35,612 bases of DNA, taken from NCBI RefSeq assembly GCF_000002865.3, contig NW_001865081.1, positions 109,027 through 144,638 on the forward strand, read 5' to 3'. The notes beneath the pieces are model-generated. The model ran no database searches. It worked only from the letters and a program-made list of their open reading frames with translations, and was not told the DNA's origin. Positions 1 through 11,400 of the stretch are shown here, in pieces. The DNA comes from Monosiga brevicollis MX1 (taxonomy: Eukaryota). Position numbers and translations under genes: made by a program. Positions within the stretch are counted from its first letter, which is position 1. Every line of letters starts with the position of its first letter.

Positions 1-381
1 CCTCCACCTCCACCTCTACCTCCACCTCTACCTCCACTGCGTCGTCTACCTCGACGTCGTCCTTCACTTCCACTTCGACGTCGAGCTCCAGCTCCAGCTC
101 CTCTTCGACATCCTCCTCCACATCCACCTCCACTTCCACCTCCACGGCCACGTCCACTTCAACATCATCGTTTACTTCGACTTCGACTTCGAGCTCGAGT
201 TCCAGCTCGAGTTCCAGCTCCTCGTCCACGTCCACTTCAACTTCCACCTCTTCGCAAACTTCGACCTCCACCTCGTCTTTGACTTCAACTTCGACGTCTA
301 CTTCCACATCTACAAGTTCATCGCGCACGTCTTCGACTTCAACCTCCACGTCCACCTCAACCTCTACGTCCACGTCCACCT
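1..381 (+). repeat. Low-complexity Ser/Thr (TS)n coding tract of gene 1
   Basis: Degenerate acc-tcc / act-tcg codon repeats translating to TSTSTS... Confidence 0.9.
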
Positions 382-3300
382 CCCTTCCTGAATTGATGAG
401 TCGTATCCCTTTTGCCAACCCAAGCTTTGAGGTTGATGAGTTGGCAGGTGTCCCTGAATTCTCGCGTTCAGCGTCAATGTGGACCGTCACTGGACGCGGT
501 GGAACGTTTCGCCCCAGCACGGACAGCTTTGCGTCGGTGCGTGTATTGTCTTTGTTGGCATTTTGGATGCTCTCGCTGGATCTGGCTTTCTCATTTGTTT
601 GACCTCACATTATAGGTCGAGCCCCTGCCTGAACCGGCACATGCCCGCCAAGCTCTCTTTCTTCACGTGGGCGCAAGTGCTGTTCAGGTACGTGGCCAGC
701 TGAAAGACACAAATGGATCTTGCACCGATGCTACACTTGCAAGCTCATGTCAGTCGTCTCATCAACATTCAATCTCACGAATGCCTGCTTCCATCGGTAG
801 ACGGTGCCCGACTACACGGTGCCAGTAGATCAAGATTGCACCGTGACCTTCTCCCTCGGCAACCGTCTTGACTTTGCGTTCCCCCGCCGTACCAACATTA
901 CCCTTCTTGCTGGGGACGTAGTATTGGACAGTATGTCCTTTGAGCGGTTAGTGTCTCAGCCACGCTTCATTATGGGTTAAGCGGCCTCTTTACCTCCTCT
1001 CACATGCTTTGCATTGGGGAACCGTGTCTTCCTCTTGTTCACCGCATTGTTAGCACCGACCCCGAAGCGGCGCCCATTAGTGGGGACTTTATCGAGCTCA
1101 TGTTTTCTTATTCGACCTTTGATGAGAATTTGGATGCCATCGGACAGCCGTTGACGGTAAGCGCAAATGTCATGGCAGCCTTCATCATGTGGAAGCCTGA
1201 GCCTTTTGACTTTGGATCTTTTGAGAACTCGCACTTTGAACGATGCTCGCTCATTCTTCGTGTTCTGCCCTCTCCTGTTATATTGCATCTTTGGCCTTCT
1301 CTAGCTTGCCTTTCAAGCCGTTGCCCAAGCACGCCCGGCGCAAGCCATTGTCGACAACGTCCGAGGCTTTTGCATGCAGCGCATTCGCACAACGCCAGCT
1401 CCGCTGGATGTTGTTCTGTACAACCCCTCGTTTGAGCGCGACGACCTCGCGGATGAGGACACACTCTTTGTTAACCGGGCTTCAGGCTGGAGCTCCTCGG
1501 GTCCAGCCGGTACATTCCGCCCGCCCATCAATGTTAGCGTTGCTGATATGGAGGCGCCGGCAGATGCCAAGCAGGTGGCCTTTGTCCGGCCTGGCGGCCA
1601 GATTGAGCAACCCCTGCGAGGTGTTGTGCTTGCTGCTGACGGATGTTACAACATTTCTTTTGCCGTTGCCGCTCGTATCGATCGCCCCTTTCCGACGGCT
1701 GCCACCGTCGAGCTTCGCGCAATGCCCTCAGACATCACCTTGGCCGCGGTCAGCTTTGACGCGAGTGATGTTGCAGGTGCAGGCTTTACGTTTGCCGAAT
1801 TGGGCTTCTGTGCGCCCGACAATGTTGCCAACGCAGGCGATGAAGTTGTCATCCGCCTGACGGCCCGTGGTGCAGCCAACACACAGGCTCTCTTTGACAA
1901 CTTTGATGCTGTCTCTCAGTTCATCCCCGTTGAGGTGGCCAGCACGCAACTCATGTCGACCATGGAGCAGACCACCGTTGAGCGGGTGGCGCCTTGTGCG
2001 GCCGCCTGCACCGGCTCCTTTTCTGCACTCCCAATGTACTCGGGCTTCAATGCCTCGCAAGAACTCGTCGAGGTCGACTACAATGGTGACGGCATTGCCG
2101 ACACCGTAGGCCTGGACATCTTCGGTCACCTCTATGTGGTTGCACTTGGAAGCATGCTTGACCTCGATACCAACGTCATGGCCTTTGCCGTCGGTGACCT
2201 GGACCGCGATGATTTTCCAGACGTCGCGTATGTGACGACCGATGGTGTGTTGCATGTGGTGTCCATGACCCTGACAACGTCGCTACAGCTGGACACGGAT
2301 CTTCACGATGTGACCGAGCTCAAGCTTGCCGATGTGGACGGCGATCGCGACGTGGACTTGGTCCTGGCTGTGGGCGACTCTGCTCAAGTGGCTGTGTTGG
2401 AGTCGACGTGTTGCCAGCGCTTCCGCCCGTGCCTCAACATGTGCTCTCTGGGAGCTTCTCTCCAGTTTTTGGTCCGTGGAGCCTTCAACGCCACGCTCGA
2501 TGCTCCTGTCATTACCACCGGTGACTTTAACGCCGACGGCAAGGACGATATTGCCGTGGCTTCCTCGACCGCTGGTGCCGTGGATGTCAGCATTCACTAC
2601 AGCACCGCAAGCGGCGACTTTCGCGCCGTTTCTCTCGACACGCTTGGTCTTGTCGACTCGGCCATCACTCAGATTGAGGCGCGGGATTTGGATAACGACG
2701 GTGCCCTGGATTTGGTAGCCATCACCGATGCCAGTGCGGGCGTGGCTGTTTTGCGACAGAGTCTCCCCCTTGATGCCGAGGAGTTTGTCATTGCTGTTCT
2801 TGCCACGGCAGGCCAGGTCCCGCAAAGCCTGAAGCTTACCGATCTGGATCAGGACGGCTTTACTGATGTGCTTTTTGCGACCAGTGCCAATCAAGTGCTT
2901 TACATGCGCGGCGGAACCGGTTTTGCCGTGCCCACCACTTTGATTACCATGTCTGACCTTGCGCCAGGCTTGGCTATTGTTGACGTTGACGAGGATGGAG
3001 ACTTGGACGTGAGTCATGGCTTGCATCTGAGATGTCTTTATGTCCTTTTCTTTCTTGCTTGTGTGCCTGCTTTATCTTTATCGTGCCGCTCGCGGTAATG
3101 ACAACGCTTATGCGCTTGTGCTTTTCTGGCTGTTTCCCATTTGTAGGTGGTCGTTGAGAATGGAGGCACCCGTGCCTACCTCATCAACTCGTGCTGCATG
3201 CTCACCACAACGCCAATGCCGACCACCACCACACCCGCACCCCGCTTTGTGATTGCCAACCCCAGTTTTGAGGTCGACAATTTGATGGGCTCGACCGTAC

Positions 3301-6300
3301 GCTTTGTCAATGCCGCCTCAGGATGGTCCATCAATGGTGCTGCCGGCACCTTCCGTCCCCGTGCCAGCTCTTTTGGAAGCGTTTCGCCTCTGCCCTCGCC
3401 ATTGGATGCAGACCAGGTGCTTTACGTGCGCTCAGGCGCCACCGTCGAGCAAGAGCTGGGCAACTCGCGCATTGTAGCCGAGGGCCAGGTCACCATCTCA
3501 TGTGTGGTGGCGTGGCGCGGCGATGGCACCATTCCTTTTCCGGACATTGTCAACATCTCGTTTGTGGCGGATCGCAGTGGTACCGTTCTCGGTAGCATCG
3601 TAGTGGTGCCAACAGACTTGACACCCGGTGCCGCCCTGCGCGTGTCGCGCAGCTTTGCGACCGACTATGGAGATGTTGTCAACGGCCAAAACTTGCACAT
3701 TGTCATCTCTGCGCAGGGACCCTCGAACGCGCAGGCTGTCGTGGATGCCTTCAGTTCAGAGTTCGAGGCCCCGATGACGACACAAATGCCCACGGTTGAT
3801 TTGACGACCGTCGCCGATACTACCGCGGCGCCCATCATCACCACGGACGAGCTGACAACAACTGCTGAACCTGAACCAACCACCACCACTGAGGAGTCCA
3901 CCACCACCGCCCCCACTACCGTCGAGCCCACCACTAGCACCAGTACTACGGAGGAAGAACCGACCACTGAACAACCCTTGACGACTACTGCTGCCATGTC
4001 TACTACCATTGAGACCATGGTTACAACCGCAGAGCCAGTGGGCCTGGGCGAGCCTCTGGTCATCTTCAACCCGAGTTTCGAGCTTGATCTGATCTTGCCC
4101 GCCGACGCCACCCGGTTCTTGCCAGGTCAAGCCAACTCGTGGAACGTGACGGGTACTGCGGGCACATTTTTGCCCCCTGCCGACGCATTTCCTATCGAAG
4201 AAGGATTTCTCTTACCTCCTGCAGACCAACGACAGGTGCTTTTCATGAAACCGGGCTCTTGGGCTCTTCAAACACCAGGCTTCCGCCTCGATCGCGCTGG
4301 CGTCTACCGACTCCTCTTCTCGGTGGGCTGGCGCCTTGACCGCCCCTTTCCCTTTCCCGATACCGTGTCACTGCACCTGTTTACCGACTCTGGCCTCGAC
4401 ATCTCGAGCGTTCAGTTCACCCGAACAGAGCTGGGTATTCGTGCTGGCCAGTTTGTTTCTGTGCAAGTTGATCTGCTGGTCGAGCGTAGCAGCAACTTTT
4501 TCAACGCTGTGCTAGGCTTTGGATTTCACGTTGAAGGGCCCGCTGCTTCGCAGCTGGCCTTGGACAACTTGCAGGCCTTTGTGGTGCCTGACATTATCGA
4601 GACCACTCAAGCGCCTACCACGACCACGGAAACCACCACCACTGTCACCACGACTGAGTCCACAACCGAGACCACCACGGCCACCACCACTGCACCGACA
4701 ACTCCTCTTATGACCACGACTGTCGAGTTGACGACCACCACTGAAGAGCGAACCACCACTGAAGAACGTACGACCACCGAGGAAATGACCACCGCAGAGC
4801 CCTTCATTCGCCTACCCGTGGCCAACCCCAGCTTTGAAGTTGATGACTTGGAGGGCGCCCCTTCCAATTTCATTTCGGCCGCCACGGGGTGGGAGGTCAA
4901 CACGGCCAACGGCCTTGCTGGTACATTCCGCCCTCCCGTCAACGCGTTTGGCGAGCCTGCTGTGGCTACCCTACCACTGCCAGCTGATCAACGTCAAGTC
5001 TTGTTTATCAAGCCTGGGGCCGTGGTGTCGCAAGTCATTGCTGACTCGGATCTCCAGCCTGGCGCCACCTTTGCGATTACCCTTGCCGTTGGTTGGCGCA
5101 TGGATCAAGCCACTACTTTCCCTCAGGCTGTCGTCATCGAGCTTGTCTCGAGTGAGACGCGTGTCCCATTGGGTTCTGCTTCGGTAAATAGTGGAACTTC
5201 CGGCTTGACGCAGGGCAGCTTTGTAGCCGTGTCTATCAACGCCGAGATTCCTCAACTTGCCGGCCTCGACGCCGAGTCACTCCGCATTGTCTTCCGGGCT
5301 GAGGGTCAGCGTTTGAATCAGGCCGCCATTGATGCCGTGTCAGTGCTGCTGTACCCCGCCGAAACGACAACGCCTGAGCCAACGACCACAGAGGAGCCAA
5401 CGACCACGATGGAGGTGACAACGGTGGATCTGCCCATCCTGGCGGGCCACTCGTTTGAGGAGCCCGACTTTGATGTGGTAGACGGCAGCCTCTTTGCGGA
5501 GACGGCGCTTGGTTGGGTTGTGTCCGGTTTGGCCGGCACCTTTGCCCCGACCAGCGAAAACTACGCCGAGCTGGCCAACAGCGAGATGCTGCTGCCCCCG
5601 GCCGAGGGCGATCAAGTGCTGTACCTCCGCCGTGGCGGCGTGGCGGCGCAAAACGTGAGTGAGGTCGAGTTGGCGCTGGGCACGCAGGTGCGCCTCGAGT
5701 TTGCGGCTGGCTGGCGCCGCGACTTTGTGCGCGTGGTGGATTCGCGCGTGGAGCTGCGCGTGGCGGAGACGGGCGCGCTGCTGGCGGCGCTGGACGTGAC
5801 GCAGAGCATGCTGGTGCGCGGTCAGTTTGTTGCCTTTGAGCTGGTGCACACGGTGGCGTCACCTGCGGTTGTGGGCCGCACGCTGCAAGTGTTGGTTCGT
5901 GCAGCGGATTTGGGTGCGGGCCAGATCAACTATGACAACTTTGATCTGGACGTTTTCCAGATTGACCTCCCCACCACCTCGACCTCGACTAGTACCACCA
6001 CTACCACTACCACCACCACCACCGCAGAGCCTACTACTACTACTACCACCACTACTACTACCACCACCACTACTACCACTACTACCACTACTACCACTAC
6101 TACCACTACTACCACTACTACCACCACTACCACTTCAGACTCGTGCCCTGCCATCGAGGATACATGCGTCTCAACTGGGTTTGGCACGTTCTTGGGTGTG
6201 TGCTCGCCTCGTTGGACAACCACGTCAATCACTTCGGATAACGGCGTGGCTACGTACGGCCTTGCTACCGGTGATTTTGATCAAGATGGAATGCAAGATG

Positions 6301-7633
6301 TTGTCGCCGCTTCTGCCGGTGATAACCGAGTCACAGTGGCCTACACCCGCGTGGCTGCCAACGGCAGGTTGACTTACGATGAAGTCACTCTCAGCTCACT
6401 GTTCCTTTCGCCTCGCGACGTGGCGGTGGGTGATTTTGACGCTGATGGTCACGCTGATGTCGCAGCCGTTTTTTCTACTTCTGGCACCATTGCGGTCTAC
6501 CTCAATGACGGAACCAACTTCTCCCTGGGATTTCTGAATACGGATGTCAGCGACGCCGTTTCGGTTGCCGCAGGTGATCTTGATGGGGATTCGGACATTG
6601 ATCTGGTCGTGGCACGCCGCAGCACCGGTCGCGTTGAGCTCTTTACCAACAATGGCGCCGCCAATTTTGCCATGTCCACGTTGACCGTGAGCGCTGCCGG
6701 TGCTTTTGCTGTCGAAGTGGGTGACATGGATGGCGATGGTGACAATGACATTGTTGCCAGCTATCGCGATGCCAATATGGTTGTGGTGTGGAGCAACGAT
6801 GGGTCTGGGTCGTTTTCGTCTGTTTTCAACTTCTCGGCACAAGGCCCTCGCGGCATGGAGCTGGCGGTATGTCTGAATCGTAGTGCTGCTTGTTTGATTG
6901 ATTGTTTTTTGTCTGTTTGTCTCTCATCTTATAGCGTTTGGATTCAGCTTCTCATTCAAAATCGTGTCCCCTTTCCTCTGCGCGACCTGGTGTAGGACAT
7001 GGATGGTGATGGAGATTTGGACATTGTCGTGGCTGAGGCGGGAGGCAACCAAGTCGTCATGTACGTTGAACTCGTTGGACTCGTTTGCTCATTCATCATA
7101 CCGGCACTTGTTAACTCTTCATGGTGATTTTCTGATTCTCATGCTTCTTACAATGAATGTCATCCATCCACAGGCTCACCAACGAAGGTGCCAATACGTA
7201 TGTGGCAACCGTCGTGACGGGTTCTGCCAATGACGCATTTGACGTCGCGGTTGGGGATTTGGATGGCGGTAGGTTTATTTTATTTTATTTTTCCTTGTGT
7301 TCTTTTTCTCACTAGCTCTTTCGCCTTGCCCGCATTCTCACATTGGCTCCTCGGTTTGTTTGTTTTTTTGTTTTTGTTTCTGTTTTTTTTTTGTTTTTTT
7401 GTATAGATTGCGATATGGATATTGCTGTCGCTCAGCGTCAAGACAACCTGGTCAACTGGTATGCTAACAACGGCAGCGGCAGTTTTTCACGCAACGCCGT
7501 GCGATCGGACGTACCAAGTGCACGAGCCGTAGTCGTGGTTGACTTGAACGGTGACGGTGATTTGGATATTGTCAGCGGCAGTGACTCGCCCAACTTGGTT
7601 GATCTGCACTCGAGCGATTGTTGCACCCTCTAG
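1..7633 (+). CDS. Giant extracellular-type protein, 5'-partial: Ser/Thr stalks, six NPSFE (galactose-binding/CBM-like) modules and three FG-GAP/VCBS repeat blocks
   Basis: Manual GT-AG splicing gives one continuous frame: exons <1-536, 616-687, 801-946, 1054-1156, 1305-3008, 3147-6866, 6996-7060, 7174-7268, 7407-7633 (ends SSDCCTL*). NPSFE-type motifs begin at 417, 1422, 3258, 4068, 4824 and 5445 (GHSFE). Many DxDGDGDxD loops occur at about 2070-3190 and 6270-7620. No C-terminal transmembrane segment is seen. Confidence 0.88.
5971..6135 (+). repeat. (ACT/ACC)n trinucleotide tract encoding a poly-Thr stalk
   Basis: actaccactact... in frame with the 3147 ORF. Confidence 0.92.
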
Positions 7634-8460
7634 AAGCATAGAAACCATCTCGCTTTTGTCTTTCGTTTGTGACTGATTATTATTATCCGCGAGGCCTGGA
7701 TTGAAGCTCAATTTGAAGCTTTCTTTGCGCGCGGCTTTCGCGCCTCCTGCCTCTTTTTCCAATTTCTCTGCCTGATTTTTTTTTTTCCATGCTTCCTTTT
7801 TTTTTTTGGTTTTCGTTTGGTGACACCAAATCGAATCTTCATGTTTTATTCAGATTTCTTGCTTCGATGGCTATCCGGATTTGTATCGCGTGCTTTCGCT
7901 GCTCGGCTAGTGATGTGATGTTATGGAGAAGGGGTCCCAGAAGGAGCCATAAGGAAAGAATTGAAGTAGTTTTGGCCAAGAAAGGTGGAACCATCTTTTC
8001 GCATTTTTTTTAAAAAAACTGACAGAACGTGTTCGAACTTTGAAGGATACATTCACTCTCTTGGTTCAATTCTTCTTGTCTTACACCAAACTGGTCAGAT
8101 CTGAGGGAACTATTCTAGATGCTTCACGGCTACTCGTGGCAACTCTGGCAAGTACATTCTAGCACATACAACGAAGTGCTTGCTCGTAGTTGACAACAGT
8201 TTATCTGCTCTCGTTACAAGCAAGCAAAACACAGGTGACACAATTTTTCCTCTTTCACGCACACATACACTACGATTCTCTCGTTGCATGCGAGCAGACG
8301 TCATTGGGCGCCGCTCACATATGTTGGTCAGAGGCCTTGCTCCTTGGCCGCATGTCGGCCAATTTGAAGAAAAAAAAATTAAAATAAAAGCTCATCATCT
8401 CAAGTGTCGACGCGCAGCGTCAAGTGCCCAATTTTGAACGACCATTACCGATCGAAGGAA

Positions 8461-11400
8461 TTAGTTCTCGCGCGGTATGATGAGTGCCGTAGAAATCCGT
8501 CCCGTAAAGAAGAGACGGTCGTTTTGCGCACCCAGCGCAATGGGATCTGCGCTGGTGCCATACGCCATGCTGCCGGACACCCCACTCTCAAGTATCGTGG
8601 TTCCATCCACGTCGACGCCGATGCGGGCGTGACTAAAGCGAACTTCAAAATCGTGATAATAGCCATCATTCACATGGGTGCCACAAATAGACCCAGCTTG
8701 ACCCGTCGCATAATAATAGACACACAGCCTGTACGTGCAACCAAGCAGTTCAAATAAGTTAAGAATGATTCGGCACGAGGCGTGGGCAAACCAAACCAGT
8801 TGTGATTGGACCCCAGCTCACCTCCGAGATGCACTGCTCAAGTACAACCCCCACAGCAACTGCCCGTCCATCCTGTGACGCGCCACAACAAATCCCAAGT
8901 CGCCTAAAGCTTGTTGAACTAAAAAATGTGCGCACATGGCCACGTGAGTGGCGCCGACGAATGACCGGGCTCAGCAAAGCTTGAGCCTGCACAGTAGGGA
9001 AAATCTGTCAATCAAAGACACACCTGTAGCGCGAAACGTCCATTGTGGTTCCAAACTACGATCCAGCCGGGCCCGCAACGCATCTCCTTGCCCATTGAAC
9101 TCGACGACCCCGTCCCGCAACAACCGTGCGCCTTGATAGTCACTGATAGCCAAGAGATTCCAAGGCACAAGGTCGGTGCTATGGCTAATTCCAGTGTAAA
9201 GCAGAGTTGCTTTCTGATCCACCAGTAGGCCCGTCCCATGCGGACCCACTTGCAAATTATGGAATGTCGCATTAAACGCCGGAAGGCTCGCAAGCGTCAA
9301 CTCGGCCCACTGTGTTCCATTCAAAAAGGCTCGTATCGTTCGGGCGTCTAACACCACGCTCAGTGACCACCAATCATTAAGAGTTGCCGAAAAAGCTGCA
9401 CGCGCAGTGACCACTCGTGCGGGTGCTTGGCGCACAACAAGCATCAAAGCCGAGGCATTGATGGTTTGGACCGTCAGCTCAAACGCAATCGATGACCAAG
9501 TGACTAGAATCAACCACGGCACGAGCAGGATCAGGATTGTAAGCGTTGACGCCACAGAAACTTCCACACCCACACAGACGCAAACACACACGCGCGCATA
9601 CACACACACACACGCACGCACACACACACATCTGAACCGACAATGGAGGGAGTCATCCATCAAGCACCTTGAAACTTGTTCTTACCTAAAGAGGTGGGAC
9701 TGGTGGGCGTCAAGGTTGTCATTGGACGCGCCAAACGACCGAGCATTTGTAGCACACCGCGCCCACTCGCAAGCTGGTGGCCAAATACCATTGGCCCGGG
9801 CGTGCGTAGATACGACTGTGTTCCCAGCAGGAGCGCTGGGCCCGCAAGACTTGTGACACTCCCGCCAGCTGCAGCGGTTGCTTGCGCCAAGCTCAAAACT
9901 TCATTCTCACCAACACCCAGACAAACAGGTGCCTCAAAGCAACACACCTGCTCATCGCCGGTCGTGTGGCAGCCAACCAAAGATCCACAGGGATATTGGC
10001 CGGTGCCAGGGGTCAATACCAAGGAGCCACTGCCATCCGTAGTAAACACCCGCGACGCAGCAAGGCACACGTATCCATCATCGCTGCACTGATCTGCGGA
10101 GCATTCGAGATCCTCACAAAAAGTGCCCGTGTAGCCCAAGGCGCACTGGCACACAAAGACAGCATCGTCAGCGTCATCACCATCGCCATCCATGCATTCA
10201 CCAGCATGAAGACAGGGGTTGTTTTCGCAAGGCGATATGCGTTCTGTGCACAGCGCTCCTCGATAGTTCTCAGAGCAAGCACAACTAAAGTTATGAACGC
10301 CCGTCTCCTCGATACAGACACCATAGGGACCGCACGGATTGGACTCACAATCCGCATCTAATTCCTCGCCACAATAAGGTCCGGCATGAGTCGCAGGACA
10401 AGTACAGTGCACTGCCGTGCCGTTTGTCCAGCAAGTGCCGCCATTCTCGCAGACAACTGAATCGCACAGAGGTATCGTCACGCAAGTTGAGTTGCGCAAT
10501 TGTGTACCAGCCGGGCAAACACATTTGTAGGACCCTGCCAGATTAATGCAGTCAAATCCAGGTGCACAGGGCATGTTCAAAGCTTCACATTCATTGACAT
10601 CAACCCCACACGCTGGGCCTGCCCAGCCAGGGGAGCAGGCGCAGCTGGCCTGATTGTAGCACGCTAAGGTACCCGCAGTGTAACACGCCCCGTCTTGTCC
10701 ACACAGGTTGAAGTCTATGTCACAGTTGGCTCCGGTCAAGAAGGGATTGCTGCATGCTGAGGGGCATGACATGGTGGTTGATTGGCATGGCTTTTCCTCG
10801 ACCTGAGCATTTTCATCACAAGGCACGCCTCCGTTCTCTGCAGACACGATCATGGAACGTCGGCGCTGTCGGAAAAACCCTGTCTCGCAAGTACCCGCAC
10901 AGCCGCCCCACTCACTCCACGAACCATACTCGCAATCCACAGTCCGACCATCAATCGGAAAAGGAAGACAAACTCGATCCGACGTTGCCGTGCACGCAAT
11001 AGCCTCGTATTGACCAGCAGGGCATGGGCCAAAGCCGCAGGACTGGCACAAACGATCTGTCTGCTCGGTTGGTGGTCGCGCTTCAAATTTTAACATTGTG
11101 CAGGTCGTCACATCGGCACATTGTCCTTGAACCACATACTGACCCTCCCTGCAGGACTGAATGAATGCCAACTCCACCGTGCCATTGATGGTGACCGTGT
11201 CCCCAGCTCGCCACCCGAGACCCTGTATATGCAGATGACGCAGGCCAGACAAGGTTTCATCTTCCGAAGGCGGTATAAATGCATTGAAATAGCTCAAAGT
11301 GCGCAACACACGTTGAAACTCGACAGATGGTGATGGGCCATTGAGATGCAGCTCGAGAAGCTCGGGATCATAAACAACTGAGATGTTAGAAGACGCTGTA

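Noticed and set aside
9500..9663. Apparent transmembrane helix (TLTILILLVPWLILV) in the 8971-9663 ORF
   Set aside because: It most likely lies in the intron (9685-9504, with GT repeats) before the ctag acceptor. An alternative in-frame acceptor at 9561 cannot be fully excluded.
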